Below, in pieces: positions 7,718 through 16,213 of a stretch of 29,579 nt of DNA (its first letter is position 1; each line of letters opens with the position of its first letter). The notes below the pieces were generated by a model, which made no database searches, was not told the DNA's origin, and saw nothing but the letters and a program-made list of their open reading frames with translations. The position numbers and the translations under genes are program-made. The stretch lies in the IMG/VR virus record IMGVR_UViG_3300035676_000032, positions 1-29,579 of that record; one strand, given 5' to 3'. This DNA comes from a virus (taxonomy: Duplodnaviria; Caudoviricetes).

Positions 7718-9409
7718 TTAGCGACCTCCGCGAAGGATTGCATCTGCTTGAGACATGATGCTTGCAGGCGTAGCTGCAGGCGTAGCCGCTGCGGCCGCTG
7801 GTGCAGCAGTAGTCGGTATCTGACCAATTGCCTGCTGGCGTCGCTCTTCTGCGATCTGCGCTGGAGAACGGTACTTTTGCGACACATCACCGACGATGCG
7901 TTGAGCAAAGTCGTTGAACGTCTCTCCGGGCTTTGCTGCGTAGTCTCCAGCAATAAAGGTGCTTTTGGCACGGGTTAATAAGCCATTGTTCTGAGATAGC
8001 CAGTCGGTCTTGGCATTGTTGATGGCCGAGTCAATGTCTTGTAGCTTTGCAGATCCGCGCAGAAATGACGCCAAGGTGGCAGCGTTGGCATTCTCAGGTG
8101 GAATGCCCTTCAGTGCCAGCTCGATGTCCTTGTCTGTCGCAACGCCAGGAGGAAGAGACTTAATAGCTACAGAATTTCTAACCCTGGTGTATTCATTCCT
8201 GATTTGTGTCCAGGCATCTTGTGAACCAGTAGCTTTCGCCAGCCACTCTGTGGCAGATGTCAACGCGCCCTTTCCTCCTTCTGCGGCTTCAATGCGCCTT
8301 GCAAGATCGTTGTATTGCGTCGCTGCCTGCTTTGAAGTTGACGCCAAAGTGGCAGACTCGTTAATCAGCTTCCTGGCCTCTGGCGGGATTTCAGTCAGTC
8401 GCGCCTGAATGCTTGACATCTTTTCTGCGACTGTGGCAGCAGTGGTCTGCCTATCAAGATTGAGCTTTGCAGCTCGGTCACTGATCTGGCTTTGTAGGTT
8501 TTTGACGTCCCAATTTGTTTTATCAAGTCCAGCCTTTGCCAATTGCTCAGCGAATCTTGCCTCAACTGCCGCTTTTTCAGCCTCACTAGCTGCCTTGCCG
8601 ATTCTGGTTTCCACGGTTCCTTCAGCGACACGAGCATCTGCCGCTGCCTTAGCGGCCAACGCTCTTTTCTCTTCTGCTTCAGCAGCTTTTAATTCTGTGG
8701 TCAACTGCCGTTGTATTGCCACATCTGGTTCTGCCTCAAGTTTTGCGCGAAGTTCTTGCACTTTGAGTTGTGACTCAGTGACTGCCGTGTTTGCAGCAGC
8801 AGTGATTCGTTTCAGCTCTTCTGGCTCTCTGGCAGCAGTCCTACGCTCAGCCCGAACAGCAGTAATTCCCTTGTACCAGTCTTCGCCAAACGTGCCCGCC
8901 CCAAGCGATTCCACAAGCCTTGCAGCTTGATTTGGATCTTGGTTTGCAATGGTCAGAATGTCCTGGAATGCACGCTTTTGGCCAGGGTCTGTTTCAGCGT
9001 TAATGCGCTCCTGAATAAGCGTCTTTGCTGTTTCAGGATTTGCCTCAAATGCCAGCAGCACTTGCGATGTGAACTTTTTCGATGAGTCGAGCTTTTCCTT
9101 GCCCATGTTCTCACCGACCAGCTTGAGAGCATCGAACTGCTGTTTGTTTGCACCGACCAGCAGGGGCTGCAACTCTTCAAACGTGCGCTCGGCTGCTGGC
9201 TTTGCGAAGAACGCATTCAGGTTAGTTCTGAACTGAGCCTGCTGCGCCTGTGCTGCTTGCAGTTGCTGTGCTTCCATAGCTCGTTTTTGACGAGCAACTT
9301 CAAGTTCTTCTAGGCCAGCGCCAAGTTTGACGCCGCCGAGTGCCGCCTCAAACGGGCTTTGAACCTCAACTGCGTAGTTGATGGGCTGCTGTAGTGGATT
9401 GATTGCCAT
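7718..9409 (-). CDS. DNA ejection protein, P22 gp20-like
   Basis: 563 aa coiled-coil; LPPGVATDKDIELA motif; synteny. Confidence 0.72.
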   Translation of the reverse strand: MAINPLQQPINYAVEVQSPFEAALGGVKLGAGLEELEVARQKRAMEAQQLQAAQAQQAQFRTNLNAFFAKPAAERTFEELQPLLVGANKQQFDALKLVGENMGKEKLDSSKKFTSQVLLAFEANPETAKTLIQERINAETDPGQKRAFQDILTIANQDPNQAARLVESLGAGTFGEDWYKGITAVRAERRTAAREPEELKRITAAANTAVTESQLKVQELRAKLEAEPDVAIQRQLTTELKAAEAEEKRALAAKAAADARVAEGTVETRIGKAASEAEKAAVEARFAEQLAKAGLDKTNWDVKNLQSQISDRAAKLNLDRQTTAATVAEKMSSIQARLTEIPPEARKLINESATLASTSKQAATQYNDLARRIEAAEGGKGALTSATEWLAKATGSQDAWTQIRNEYTRVRNSVAIKSLPPGVATDKDIELALKGIPPENANAATLASFLRGSAKLQDIDSAINNAKTDWLSQNNGLLTRAKSTFIAGDYAAKPGETFNDFAQRIVGDVSQKYRSPAQIAEERRQQAIGQIPTTAAPAAAAATPAATPASIMSQADAILRGGR

Positions 9410-9418
9410 TTGTTTTCC

Positions 9419-10150
9419 TTAGAAATATGTTCCAAGGTCTTGATTGCCATAGGCCAAGCCAGAGCCAAAACCAGAACTTCCAAGAGGAGTCTGTGAGAAT
9501 GACGCCTGCAGTCCACCAAAACCACCGCCACCACCGCCAGCCCTCATCCCAGCCATTTGAGCTGGGATATTGAGTATCTGGCCATAAGCCTTAGCCTGGC
9601 CAAGCTCACCGCCTGCCTGAGCTGCTCCTTGCTGGGCCAGCAAGTTGGCCACATTTGATCCTGTCTCCATACCAGCAGCTCCGACACCGGCAGCAGAACG
9701 CTGACCGAGCGTTGTCATGCCTCCAAGGCGGCCATATTGCTGTTCGATGAGGCTAGACAGTAGCTCTGGTCTGAACTGTGCCAGTGCGCCTTGGATGTTG
9801 CCACCTCGCAGGCCACCAGTTGCCGAGGCACGCTGAAGCAGAGCCTCTTCACCCTGCTGTGCCAAAACCTGGAATGTCTCACCACCTCGAATGCGCTCAA
9901 TGGCTGCACGCTCTGCCTCTGGTCCTTGTAGGCCAAGCAATGCCTGCTGCTGTGTTAGCGCAGGAAGACCTGCCTCTGTGTAAGGCTTGAGTAAGGCTTG
10001 CAGTGCATCGAATTGCCTGCGCTGTTCAGCAATGCCAGCACCTGCTGCGCCTGCTTGGATACCTGCGGCCTCGCTTGCTGCATCAGCTTGCATCATGCCG
10101 CCAAGCAGTTGTGAGCCTCCAACGATTAAACCAGTGACTGGATCAGGCAT
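9419..10150 (-). CDS. DNA ejection protein, P22 gp7-like
   Basis: Gly/Ala/Gln-rich; LKPYTEAG and ASATGGLRGGN motifs typical of gp7 homologues. Confidence 0.8.
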   Translation of the reverse strand: MPDPVTGLIVGGSQLLGGMMQADAASEAAGIQAGAAGAGIAEQRRQFDALQALLKPYTEAGLPALTQQQALLGLQGPEAERAAIERIRGGETFQVLAQQGEEALLQRASATGGLRGGNIQGALAQFRPELLSSLIEQQYGRLGGMTTLGQRSAAGVGAAGMETGSNVANLLAQQGAAQAGGELGQAKAYGQILNIPAQMAGMRAGGGGGGFGGLQASFSQTPLGSSGFGSGLAYGNQDLGTYF

Positions 10151-10586
10151 GGCTAAACTCCTTCATATAGTCTTCAAATTTCTCGCCATACAACTCCATG
10201 ACGCTGCCTGCATCTTCTGTCGCACGACGAGTGCCATGGCACAGCGCCACGGTCATCAACACAACGTCATAGTACCCAGCACGCCAGACAAAGGATTTGG
10301 CATCGGCTTTGCCTGACCGTTCGGCCTGGTCGGAGGCCTGCCACTTCAGAATCATGGTTGCGACGAGTGGCGCAAGATTGTTGGAATTTGCGAGCCAAAA
10401 TGTGTTCTGGTTCATGCCCACCAGGGTGTTCCAGATCACCGCATTGAGGTCTTCGCGCTCGACTGGATCACCGTCTGCGACATCATCAAAGACCTGGATG
10501 GCCCCATAAAGCATGAGCAGCCATTCAACGGCTGGCGTTGGGAGCGCGAAAACCCTTTGCAGGTTCACTCTCAACCAATCAGACAT
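10143..10586 (-). CDS. hypothetical helical protein with DDxxD motif, 147 aa
   Basis: AGGAG 6 nt before ATG 10586; QVFDDVADGD; overlaps the gp7-like start. Confidence 0.75.
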   Translation of the reverse strand: MSDWLRVNLQRVFALPTPAVEWLLMLYGAIQVFDDVADGDPVEREDLNAVIWNTLVGMNQNTFWLANSNNLAPLVATMILKWQASDQAERSGKADAKSFVWRAGYYDVVLMTVALCHGTRRATEDAGSVMELYGEKFEDYMKEFSHA

Positions 10587-10658
10587 GCACAACTCCTGTT
10601 CAGGGTGAGCTGCTGGTGGCCCGATAGACTCAGCAGCTCAATTTTCGCACAGTTTTAC

Positions 10659-11057
10659 TCAATCCTCGTATTCTTCCCTGTCTTCCCAGGATTGGCAGAC
10701 GCGCATATCGTTGCAGACAAAGTTCAGTTTTTCACAGTGGCCACGAAAGCCTGCGCCCTTGTCGTAAGCTGCCATCGGAATGCGCTCGATCTTGACTTGG
10801 GTCATAAAACTGTTGTCGTAATAACCACAATTTGAGCAATGTTTACGCCGTGCGTCCTTTTCGGTGCATTGCATGGCCTCGGCCAACCCTGCGTAAAACT
10901 CTTTGTTTGCGCCTGACTCATTGGTGGGCATCTCAGGGCCGTAGTTCCAATCCTGCACCGCAATGACGTAGTTCTTCTTGTTTTCTGCCGTGGTGATGAA
11001 TTCCTCATCCATTGGCAGGCCCATAAAGCCTCTGGGCATCATCATGAATTTGTCCAT
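10659..11057 (-). CDS. Cys-rich putative metal-binding (HiPIP-like) protein
   Basis: AAGGAG RBS; CSNCGYY...GHC-x12-CQSW. Confidence 0.7.
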   Translation of the reverse strand: MDKFMMMPRGFMGLPMDEEFITTAENKKNYVIAVQDWNYGPEMPTNESGANKEFYAGLAEAMQCTEKDARRKHCSNCGYYDNSFMTQVKIERIPMAAYDKGAGFRGHCEKLNFVCNDMRVCQSWEDREEYED

Positions 11058-11068
11058 GCTGTTCTCCT

Positions 11069-11404
11069 TTAAGTGATTTCGCGGCCAGATGCGCGGATTG
11101 TCAGCGATGTGGCTGCGCTGGCGATGGTGGAAATAAAACTGCTCGGCTCCAGAGCCTGGCCGACTAGTTCCGGGAAAGTGTAGGTCTCGTCAGGTGCAAT
11201 GCTGCGGGTATCAACGATCAAGTTGGTTACGCCTGCGCTGCCTCCGCTGGTCACCAGGTTGACGCTAATGGTCACGTTGCCTGCCGTGGTGTTGGTGGCC
11301 GTAAACTTGTCGATGATGGCCTTGCAGTTGGTGGCCGTGTACTGCGTGGTCTGTGTGTTCTCTGCTTGCTTGGCAGGGATAAGCACTTTGATGATGACGG
11401 TCAT
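11069..11404 (-). CDS. putative minor tail protein, paralogue A (111 aa)
   Basis: beta-rich; aligns by eye with 11415..11750. Confidence 0.75.
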   Translation of the reverse strand: MTVIIKVLIPAKQAENTQTTQYTATNCKAIIDKFTATNTTAGNVTISVNLVTSGGSAGVTNLIVDTRSIAPDETYTFPELVGQALEPSSFISTIASAATSLTIRASGREIT

Positions 11405-11414
11405 GGTCGGTTCC

Positions 11415-11750
11415 TTATGTGGCTTCGCCGCCGCTGGCGATGATTGTCAGGCCTGCTGATGCAGCTTGAATCTGGATAGTGTCGCCTGCATTCAGTACTT
11501 CAATGCCGTTGTACTGGAGAGTGTTATTTCCTGGCACTGGCACATCGTAGAGAAACGCATTGCTTGTGCCTGCCGATCCTGCCGATGGCACCAAGAACAC
11601 GCGCACGTTAATGGCCGCTGCCGTAGTGTTTGCGATGCTGAACTCTTTAAGCAATGTCCGAGTGCTGGCCGGCACGGTGTAAAGCGTGGTCACACCTGTG
11701 GTGATTGCTGCTTGTCCGAGTTTGGCAGGTGTTATTACATCGAAAGCCAT
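11415..11750 (-). CDS. putative minor tail protein, paralogue B (111 aa)
   Basis: LYTVPAS..NTTA..SAG..LTI.ASG.E; overlaps the end of the needle-like gene. Confidence 0.75.
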   Translation of the reverse strand: MAFDVITPAKLGQAAITTGVTTLYTVPASTRTLLKEFSIANTTAAAINVRVFLVPSAGSAGTSNAFLYDVPVPGNNTLQYNGIEVLNAGDTIQIQAASAGLTIIASGGEAT

Positions 11751-12157
11751 GTTAGCACCTGGTTAGATCGCACTCGTGCGGTTTGATTTGCATAGGGCAA
11801 GATGCCGTTTACATCATGCTCTAGTTCGATATTGTTGCGCACTGGGGCCAGGGCCAACAACTCCAAGGCCTGGGCCAAGCGAGGGATAGCATCCAATGCC
11901 TGCTGCACCTTAGCATTGAGTGCAGAATCATCGACTGCTGTTGCCTGAGCCAATGCGCTGATCTGAGCCAGCGCCTCATTTGCTGTGGCCGCCGCCGTGT
12001 CTGCCTGGTATTCGAAGTCAGTCCCAACAATAACCTGGAGCTGATCGACGGCAGAGAACAGCAGCTCAAACTGCCTGATCTGCTGCTGGTCGGTCAGGAA
12101 GGTTGCAAGCTGATCTCGCGTGAGATTCAGCCTACGGGAGACGGGTGCGGTAGCCAT
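11735..12157 (-). CDS. putative tail needle (P22 gp26 position)
   Basis: Ala/Gln/Leu coiled-coil directly after gp10; synteny only. Confidence 0.55.
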   Translation of the reverse strand: MATAPVSRRLNLTRDQLATFLTDQQQIRQFELLFSAVDQLQVIVGTDFEYQADTAAATANEALAQISALAQATAVDDSALNAKVQQALDAIPRLAQALELLALAPVRNNIELEHDVNGILPYANQTARVRSNQVLTWLSM

Positions 12158-13602
12158 CAGTATGCCAACGCCTCGATTTGAGCCTCAAGCCTGGCAAACG
12201 ACACATGGGCATCACTGTCGCCTTGGAAACGCTGGATGCGCCAGTTGCGCATGTGGCCCTGCTGGAACCAAGCCAGGCGCTTGGCCGTGCTGCCAATCGT
12301 GCCCACTGCAATGCTGCGGTCTTGACTCCAGGACAGGCCATTCACGCTGTAGCTGGTGCTGATCTGCGGGTTTTTGCCCAGCGCCACGCTGCCGGTCAGT
12401 GCGACCAGCTCAAGGCGGTTGAAGATCGCGCCGTTGCCTTCGTTGTAGACGATGACCGTTCCAAACTCCCAGCGCACCTGCTGGCCCCAGTGATGGCCAA
12501 TGTCTTGTACCAAGTAGCCGATGGAGCTGGACTGCGGATCGCCGACCAGCCACTTGTCGTATATCCAGACCATGTTGCGGGCCCGGTACTGACTGAAACC
12601 GACCACTGCAGTGGTCAGAGTGAACCAGACGGGCTGCTCTAGAGCCTCAGATGCTGAGGCATCGTAAACCACCGTGCGGTCTGGCAGGTGGACGTAAAGA
12701 TGCTGGTGGTTCTTGTCATTGCGTGCTTCCAGTTGAACCTTGACCAGTTGCGCCTCGGTGTACTGAAGGAGCAGATTGTCGATCTCTTGGGTGCTGATTT
12801 TTTGAGTTGTGGCCGCTGCGCCAAGGTAAATGCCTGGGGCTTCGTTTCGACCACCGCCCAAAAACGCAATGCGCTCCAGGTAGACGCAGCAAGCGTGCGT
12901 GCCAAGAACGCCCTTTTGGACTTGTGCGCCATCAATGCGTGCAAATGGAAATAGCTCGCCGCCCACGTTGTCGAAGACCTCCATCGTGTTGCTGTTGAGA
13001 GCGTAGACCTCGTTGCGCAACTTGATGAGTGCCACAACGGGATCAGGGTCCACCTCGGAGCTGCCATATTTCAGCGGGTTGACCTGGGTCGGGTCTGACA
13101 ACTCGGTGACGACAAGGTTTGCGCCATCGGTAGTCATGAAGTAGCCATCCACCCAGCAGAAGTCCAGCACCACGCCAAGGTCTGGATCAGTAACTTGCCG
13201 CAAGATTGGAGCCGTTGGGTTCCAGCCTATGGTTCCAGGCGTGTTGACTGGTATCCAGTAGTACAGTCGCCCACCGGATGCAATGGCCAGCACATCAAAG
13301 CTGTAGTCCATCGTCACCAGTTCTGTCACAGGCCCACCAACATCGCCCAGCACGGTCACAGTGCCATTGCTGGCCACGGAGACCAGCTTGGTGCCCATCA
13401 CGCGATAGCAGACGCCATTCCAGTTGATGCCGCCACGGTCAACGCCTGGGCCTGTGCCGTTGGCCACAATACCGTCGCCAGGCCGCAAAAAGCCATTGCT
13501 GATGCCTGATGCCTTTGGCACCGGCACCATGTTCACAGGGTATGCGGTGCGCAGCTCTGGTGTGCTGTCAGTGTAGATGCCGCTTAGGATTGGAACTTGC
13601 AT
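12157..13602 (-). CDS. tail hub / packaged-DNA stabilisation protein, P22 gp10-like
   Basis: PVNMVP...GFLRPGDG...RG....NG..YRV.G.KL; SEVDPD; likely start MQVPIL at 13602. Confidence 0.85.
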   Translation of the reverse strand: MQVPILSGIYTDSTPELRTAYPVNMVPVPKASGISNGFLRPGDGIVANGTGPGVDRGGINWNGVCYRVMGTKLVSVASNGTVTVLGDVGGPVTELVTMDYSFDVLAIASGGRLYYWIPVNTPGTIGWNPTAPILRQVTDPDLGVVLDFCWVDGYFMTTDGANLVVTELSDPTQVNPLKYGSSEVDPDPVVALIKLRNEVYALNSNTMEVFDNVGGELFPFARIDGAQVQKGVLGTHACCVYLERIAFLGGGRNEAPGIYLGAAATTQKISTQEIDNLLLQYTEAQLVKVQLEARNDKNHQHLYVHLPDRTVVYDASASEALEQPVWFTLTTAVVGFSQYRARNMVWIYDKWLVGDPQSSSIGYLVQDIGHHWGQQVRWEFGTVIVYNEGNGAIFNRLELVALTGSVALGKNPQISTSYSVNGLSWSQDRSIAVGTIGSTAKRLAWFQQGHMRNWRIQRFQGDSDAHVSFARLEAQIEALAY

Positions 13603-13606
13603 AGCA

Positions 13607-13903
13607 TCACTTTTTGGCTTTGTTGCGTGCTGAGATTGCCTTGGCCTTGGACCGTGCATCCTCCTTGGAGCTTGCGCCCCAGGCCTTCAGACTGAGCAGC
13701 AGTCTGGTCGGCTCGCCGTTTTTCATCTCTGGGCCAGGCATGTTGCCCATTCGAGCCAGGAAGCTGGCTCGCCTCGGGTTGTCACCCGACTTAACAGGCG
13801 GCTTGATGTTCTGGCCTGCAGCCTTCAGGCTGGCGCGGCCAGCAGCGTTCAAGCCGCCCTTGGGGTTCTGCCCTTCCTTGCGCTGCCATGCCGGTGTTTT
13901 CAT
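13607..13903 (-). CDS. small basic phage protein (DUF6321-like)
   Basis: AWQRKEGQNPKGGLN..GR; RRASFLARM; SLKAW. Confidence 0.75.
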   Translation of the reverse strand: MKTPAWQRKEGQNPKGGLNAAGRASLKAAGQNIKPPVKSGDNPRRASFLARMGNMPGPEMKNGEPTRLLLSLKAWGASSKEDARSKAKAISARNKAKK

Positions 13904-14133
13904 CTGTACCTCGCCACTTTTGCGGCCACTTTTTTGGGCTGCTTTGCAAACTGTTTTCCCTTGGATGTGGCCTCGCGCTTGGCGCGGGTTGTTGCAGCGT
14001 ACTCAGCCGGGGTCAAAGCCTTGATGGCCTTCTCGGGCAGATAGCGCTCTCCCGTCTCACTGGACGGCTTGCCAGACTTGGTGCGCCAGTTCTGTGCACT
14101 CCAGTCCTTGAGCGATTTCTGCGTGGCCTTCAT
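13900..14133 (-). CDS. small basic protein (DUF5872-like, C-terminal half)
   Basis: SLKDW..QNWRT.SGK.....GERYLP; ATGA-coupled on both sides. Confidence 0.72.
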   Translation of the reverse strand: MKATQKSLKDWSAQNWRTKSGKPSSETGERYLPEKAIKALTPAEYAATTRAKREATSKGKQFAKQPKKVAAKVARYR

Positions 14134-14558
14134 GACTTGTAACCTCCTGCATTTTCTTTTAGATATTTCACTGCCGCCTCAAGAACCGCAATGTTATCCC
14201 GCGCATGCCCAAGCATAGTGTTGCAAGGATTGCACAACAACCCACGAACTTTGCCAGAATCATGGCAGTGGTCAACATCTAAACGTTTCTCAAGTTCATC
14301 TTCAGTGATGCCGCAGACCATGCAACGATAGCCCTCCTTTTCCCGCATCACCTCCCATTGTTCATAGGTCAAGCCATACCGCAGTTGGAGTTTTTCGGCT
14401 TTACGGTTCCGTGGTGTTGTCGGGCTCTGTCGTTTGTACTCCTGATGGCAAGGCTTACATCTTGCACTTAAATAATGCTTGTCTGCCCAGCGGTCGAAGA
14501 ATCGATAAAACTCTCCTTCATCTTTTTCCTGCTCACAATGACGGCATACTTTAGCCAC
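14130..14558 (-). CDS. endonuclease VII-family (His-Me finger) putative homing endonuclease
   Basis: CxxC...CxxC...LRYGLT...CMVCG...VDHCHDSGKVRGLLCNPCN.MLG; GTG start at 14558. Confidence 0.88.
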   Translation of the reverse strand: MAKVCRHCEQEKDEGEFYRFFDRWADKHYLSARCKPCHQEYKRQSPTTPRNRKAEKLQLRYGLTYEQWEVMREKEGYRCMVCGITEDELEKRLDVDHCHDSGKVRGLLCNPCNTMLGHARDNIAVLEAAVKYLKENAGGYKS

Positions 14559-14739
14559 GGTAAGAACCACCCTTAGCCTTGTACTGCTTGGCCAGTAATT
14601 GCGCCTTGCGAGCTGACCACTGCCCAGCTTCAGTGCCCTGCACAGCCTGCCCTTTGATCTTCTCAAACAGGTTCTTGCGCATAGTCGGCTTGGTGTAAAC
14701 AGCCGCCTTATTGACAGAGGACTTGGACTTTGTTGCCAT
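14551..14739 (-). CDS. small basic protein (DUF5872-like, N-terminal half)
   Basis: YTKPTMRK.LF..IK.....GQWSARKAQLLAK.YK.KGG.Y. Confidence 0.72.
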   Translation of the reverse strand: MATKSKSSVNKAAVYTKPTMRKNLFEKIKGQAVQGTEAGQWSARKAQLLAKQYKAKGGSYRG

Positions 14740-14741
14740 GA

Positions 14742-15197
14742 TTAGGCAATCCGATACCAGGAATTGGTGGCCTGCACAAAGCGCATACGGAAAAAATCTG
14801 TTGCATCCAAAGTTGTTGGTGCGCCATAGGTAGCCGTGGCACCGTTAAGCGCCAGTGTGAATGCTGTGATTTGCTGCGTGGTAGTTACCAGAAGCTCAGT
14901 TCCGTCAGGCGTCTGCGTGTTCAGCGGCAGCGTGACGGTTCCGGTGGCCAGCGTCGAGGCAGGCTGAATCAGCATCCACTGCTGCTGGGCCACAGGAGTT
15001 GGCACTGCGATATTGAAGCCAGTCCCAGGCGTGTACAGATTCGTGGCCAGCGTGGGGGCTGCGAACGTCTGCTGGAAATATTGCAGAAGTTGCGTAATCG
15101 ATACCCTGCGTGCATCACCATTGTTGGGCACATAGATCGGGAGCTGATCTCCACCGGATACTTGAGAAATGGGCGATAGTTGATTGATCGTTGGCAT
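14742..15197 (-). CDS. putative virion structural protein (short fibre-like)
   Basis: GAGG RBS; Thr-rich beta pattern; TINQL..GDQLPI N-terminal motif. Confidence 0.65.
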   Translation of the reverse strand: MPTINQLSPISQVSGGDQLPIYVPNNGDARRVSITQLLQYFQQTFAAPTLATNLYTPGTGFNIAVPTPVAQQQWMLIQPASTLATGTVTLPLNTQTPDGTELLVTTTQQITAFTLALNGATATYGAPTTLDATDFFRMRFVQATNSWYRIA

Positions 15198-15209
15198 GAC
15201 TGCTGTTCC

Positions 15210-15692
15210 TCAGTAGTATTCGATTGGGCCGTCTTGACCGGCCAGGACGGGATCGGCTGGTGGACGAATGAATGGATTGTCGTAGACGCGCCAGGGCTTG
15301 TTGCCTGCGCCTGCTGGCATGGTGCTGGGCAGTTGCTGCTCCATTGGCATGGCAGCACGGGACAGGAGCGTGTTGTAGGACTCTTTGGCCGTGACCTTGG
15401 TGTCAGGCATCACCTGCTTGCCGTAGCTCGGGGCCAGCTTGATGGCCAGGTTGGTGTAGATGGCCTCGTTGGAGCTGTCAGGCACGTTGGTCTGTTCGTC
15501 CAGATCACTGTCCTGGGGGCTGGATGGCAGCGGGTATGCCAGACGAATGCCCAAAGCATTCCAGGCGGCCAGCATGGTGTCCAGTCTGCGCAGAGCAGAC
15601 TGCATTTGCTCTGGGCCAAGGTCGAAGGCATAGGAGGCCAGGCCAATCTCATCGAAAGCCTGCTCAATAAATTGGCGCTTGGTCCATCCCAT
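15210..15692 (-). CDS. head-tail adaptor, P22 gp4-like
   Basis: TK..FI..A...IG...ALRRLD.M...W...NLAIKLAPSYG...MPAGAGN. Confidence 0.85.
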   Translation of the reverse strand: MGWTKRQFIEQAFDEIGLASYAFDLGPEQMQSALRRLDTMLAAWNALGIRLAYPLPSSPQDSDLDEQTNVPDSSNEAIYTNLAIKLAPSYGKQVMPDTKVTAKESYNTLLSRAAMPMEQQLPSTMPAGAGNKPWRVYDNPFIRPPADPVLAGQDGPIEYY

Positions 15693-15693
15693 G

Positions 15694-15993
15694 TCATTCT
15701 CCTGTAGACAGTCTGTCCTGGATCAATTGTCCCAGCTTTTTGTCCTTTGTGCGACCATCAAACCTGATTCCAAGTTCTGTGGCCTTGGCCTCCAGCTCAG
15801 TGCGGGTTGGGGGCGCATCGTCCTGAGGTGCAGCTTGCACCTCAATGATTGGGGCATCAATGCGGGATGGGTAATACTGCTTGATCGCTTTGCGCTCAAG
15901 CATCGCAATCTTTTTGGCTTTGCGCTTTTGCAGCCGCAACTCTCGCCACGGGGCGAGAGTTTTGGTCTTGACGATTGCGGCTGACTTAATCAT
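15694..15993 (-). CDS. basic protein with C-terminal HeH/LEM-like motif
   Basis: TRTELEAKATELGIRFDGRTKDKKL; ATGA-coupled. Confidence 0.65.
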   Translation of the reverse strand: MIKSAAIVKTKTLAPWRELRLQKRKAKKIAMLERKAIKQYYPSRIDAPIIEVQAAPQDDAPPTRTELEAKATELGIRFDGRTKDKKLGQLIQDRLSTGE

Positions 15994-16160
15994 TTCATTT
16001 TCTTCATCGGCGCTTTGCTTGGCTTGCCTGCGGCTTTTGCTGCCTTGGCTGCCGTGCTAAGTGCCATTGCAACAGCTTGCTTTTGTGGCTTGCCCGATTT
16101 CATTTCCATCGCAATGTTCTTGCCGATGGATTTCTGAGAGTAACCTTTGGTCATTGGCAT
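15990..16160 (-). CDS. small Lys-rich protein, 56 aa (not in ORF track)
   Basis: MPMTKGYSQKSIGKNIAMEMKSGKPQKQAVAMALSTAAKAAKAAGKPSKAPMKKMK; AGGA RBS; KQAVA.AL motif. Confidence 0.75.
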   Translation of the reverse strand: MPMTKGYSQKSIGKNIAMEMKSGKPQKQAVAMALSTAAKAAKAAGKPSKAPMKKMK

Positions 16161-16174
16161 GATTCGTTCCTAAG

Positions 16175-16204
16175 TTAAACAGGCCAGCATCTCTGCTGGC
16201 CTGT
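16175..16204 (-). terminator. probable intrinsic terminator/attenuator after capsid genes
   Basis: 11-bp perfect stem ACAGGCCAGCA/TGCTGGCCTGT (16179-16204) with GAGA loop; short U tract suggests it is leaky. Confidence 0.65.
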
Positions 16205-16213
16205 CTGTTTCAC

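Noticed and set aside
7715-7720. In-frame TAA-ATG junction suggesting read-through fusion of ejection proteins (same at 2335-2340)
   Set aside because: A GGAGG RBS precedes the 7717 start and TAA is a tight stop; ordinary coupling explains it
7763-7786. 12-bp tandem repeat TGCAGGCGTAGC x2
   Set aside because: Encodes a low-complexity Ala/Thr/Pro linker
14130-14558. Group I intron or intein around the endonuclease
   Set aside because: The ORF fills the whole insert with no room for a ribozyme core; no intein terminal motifs
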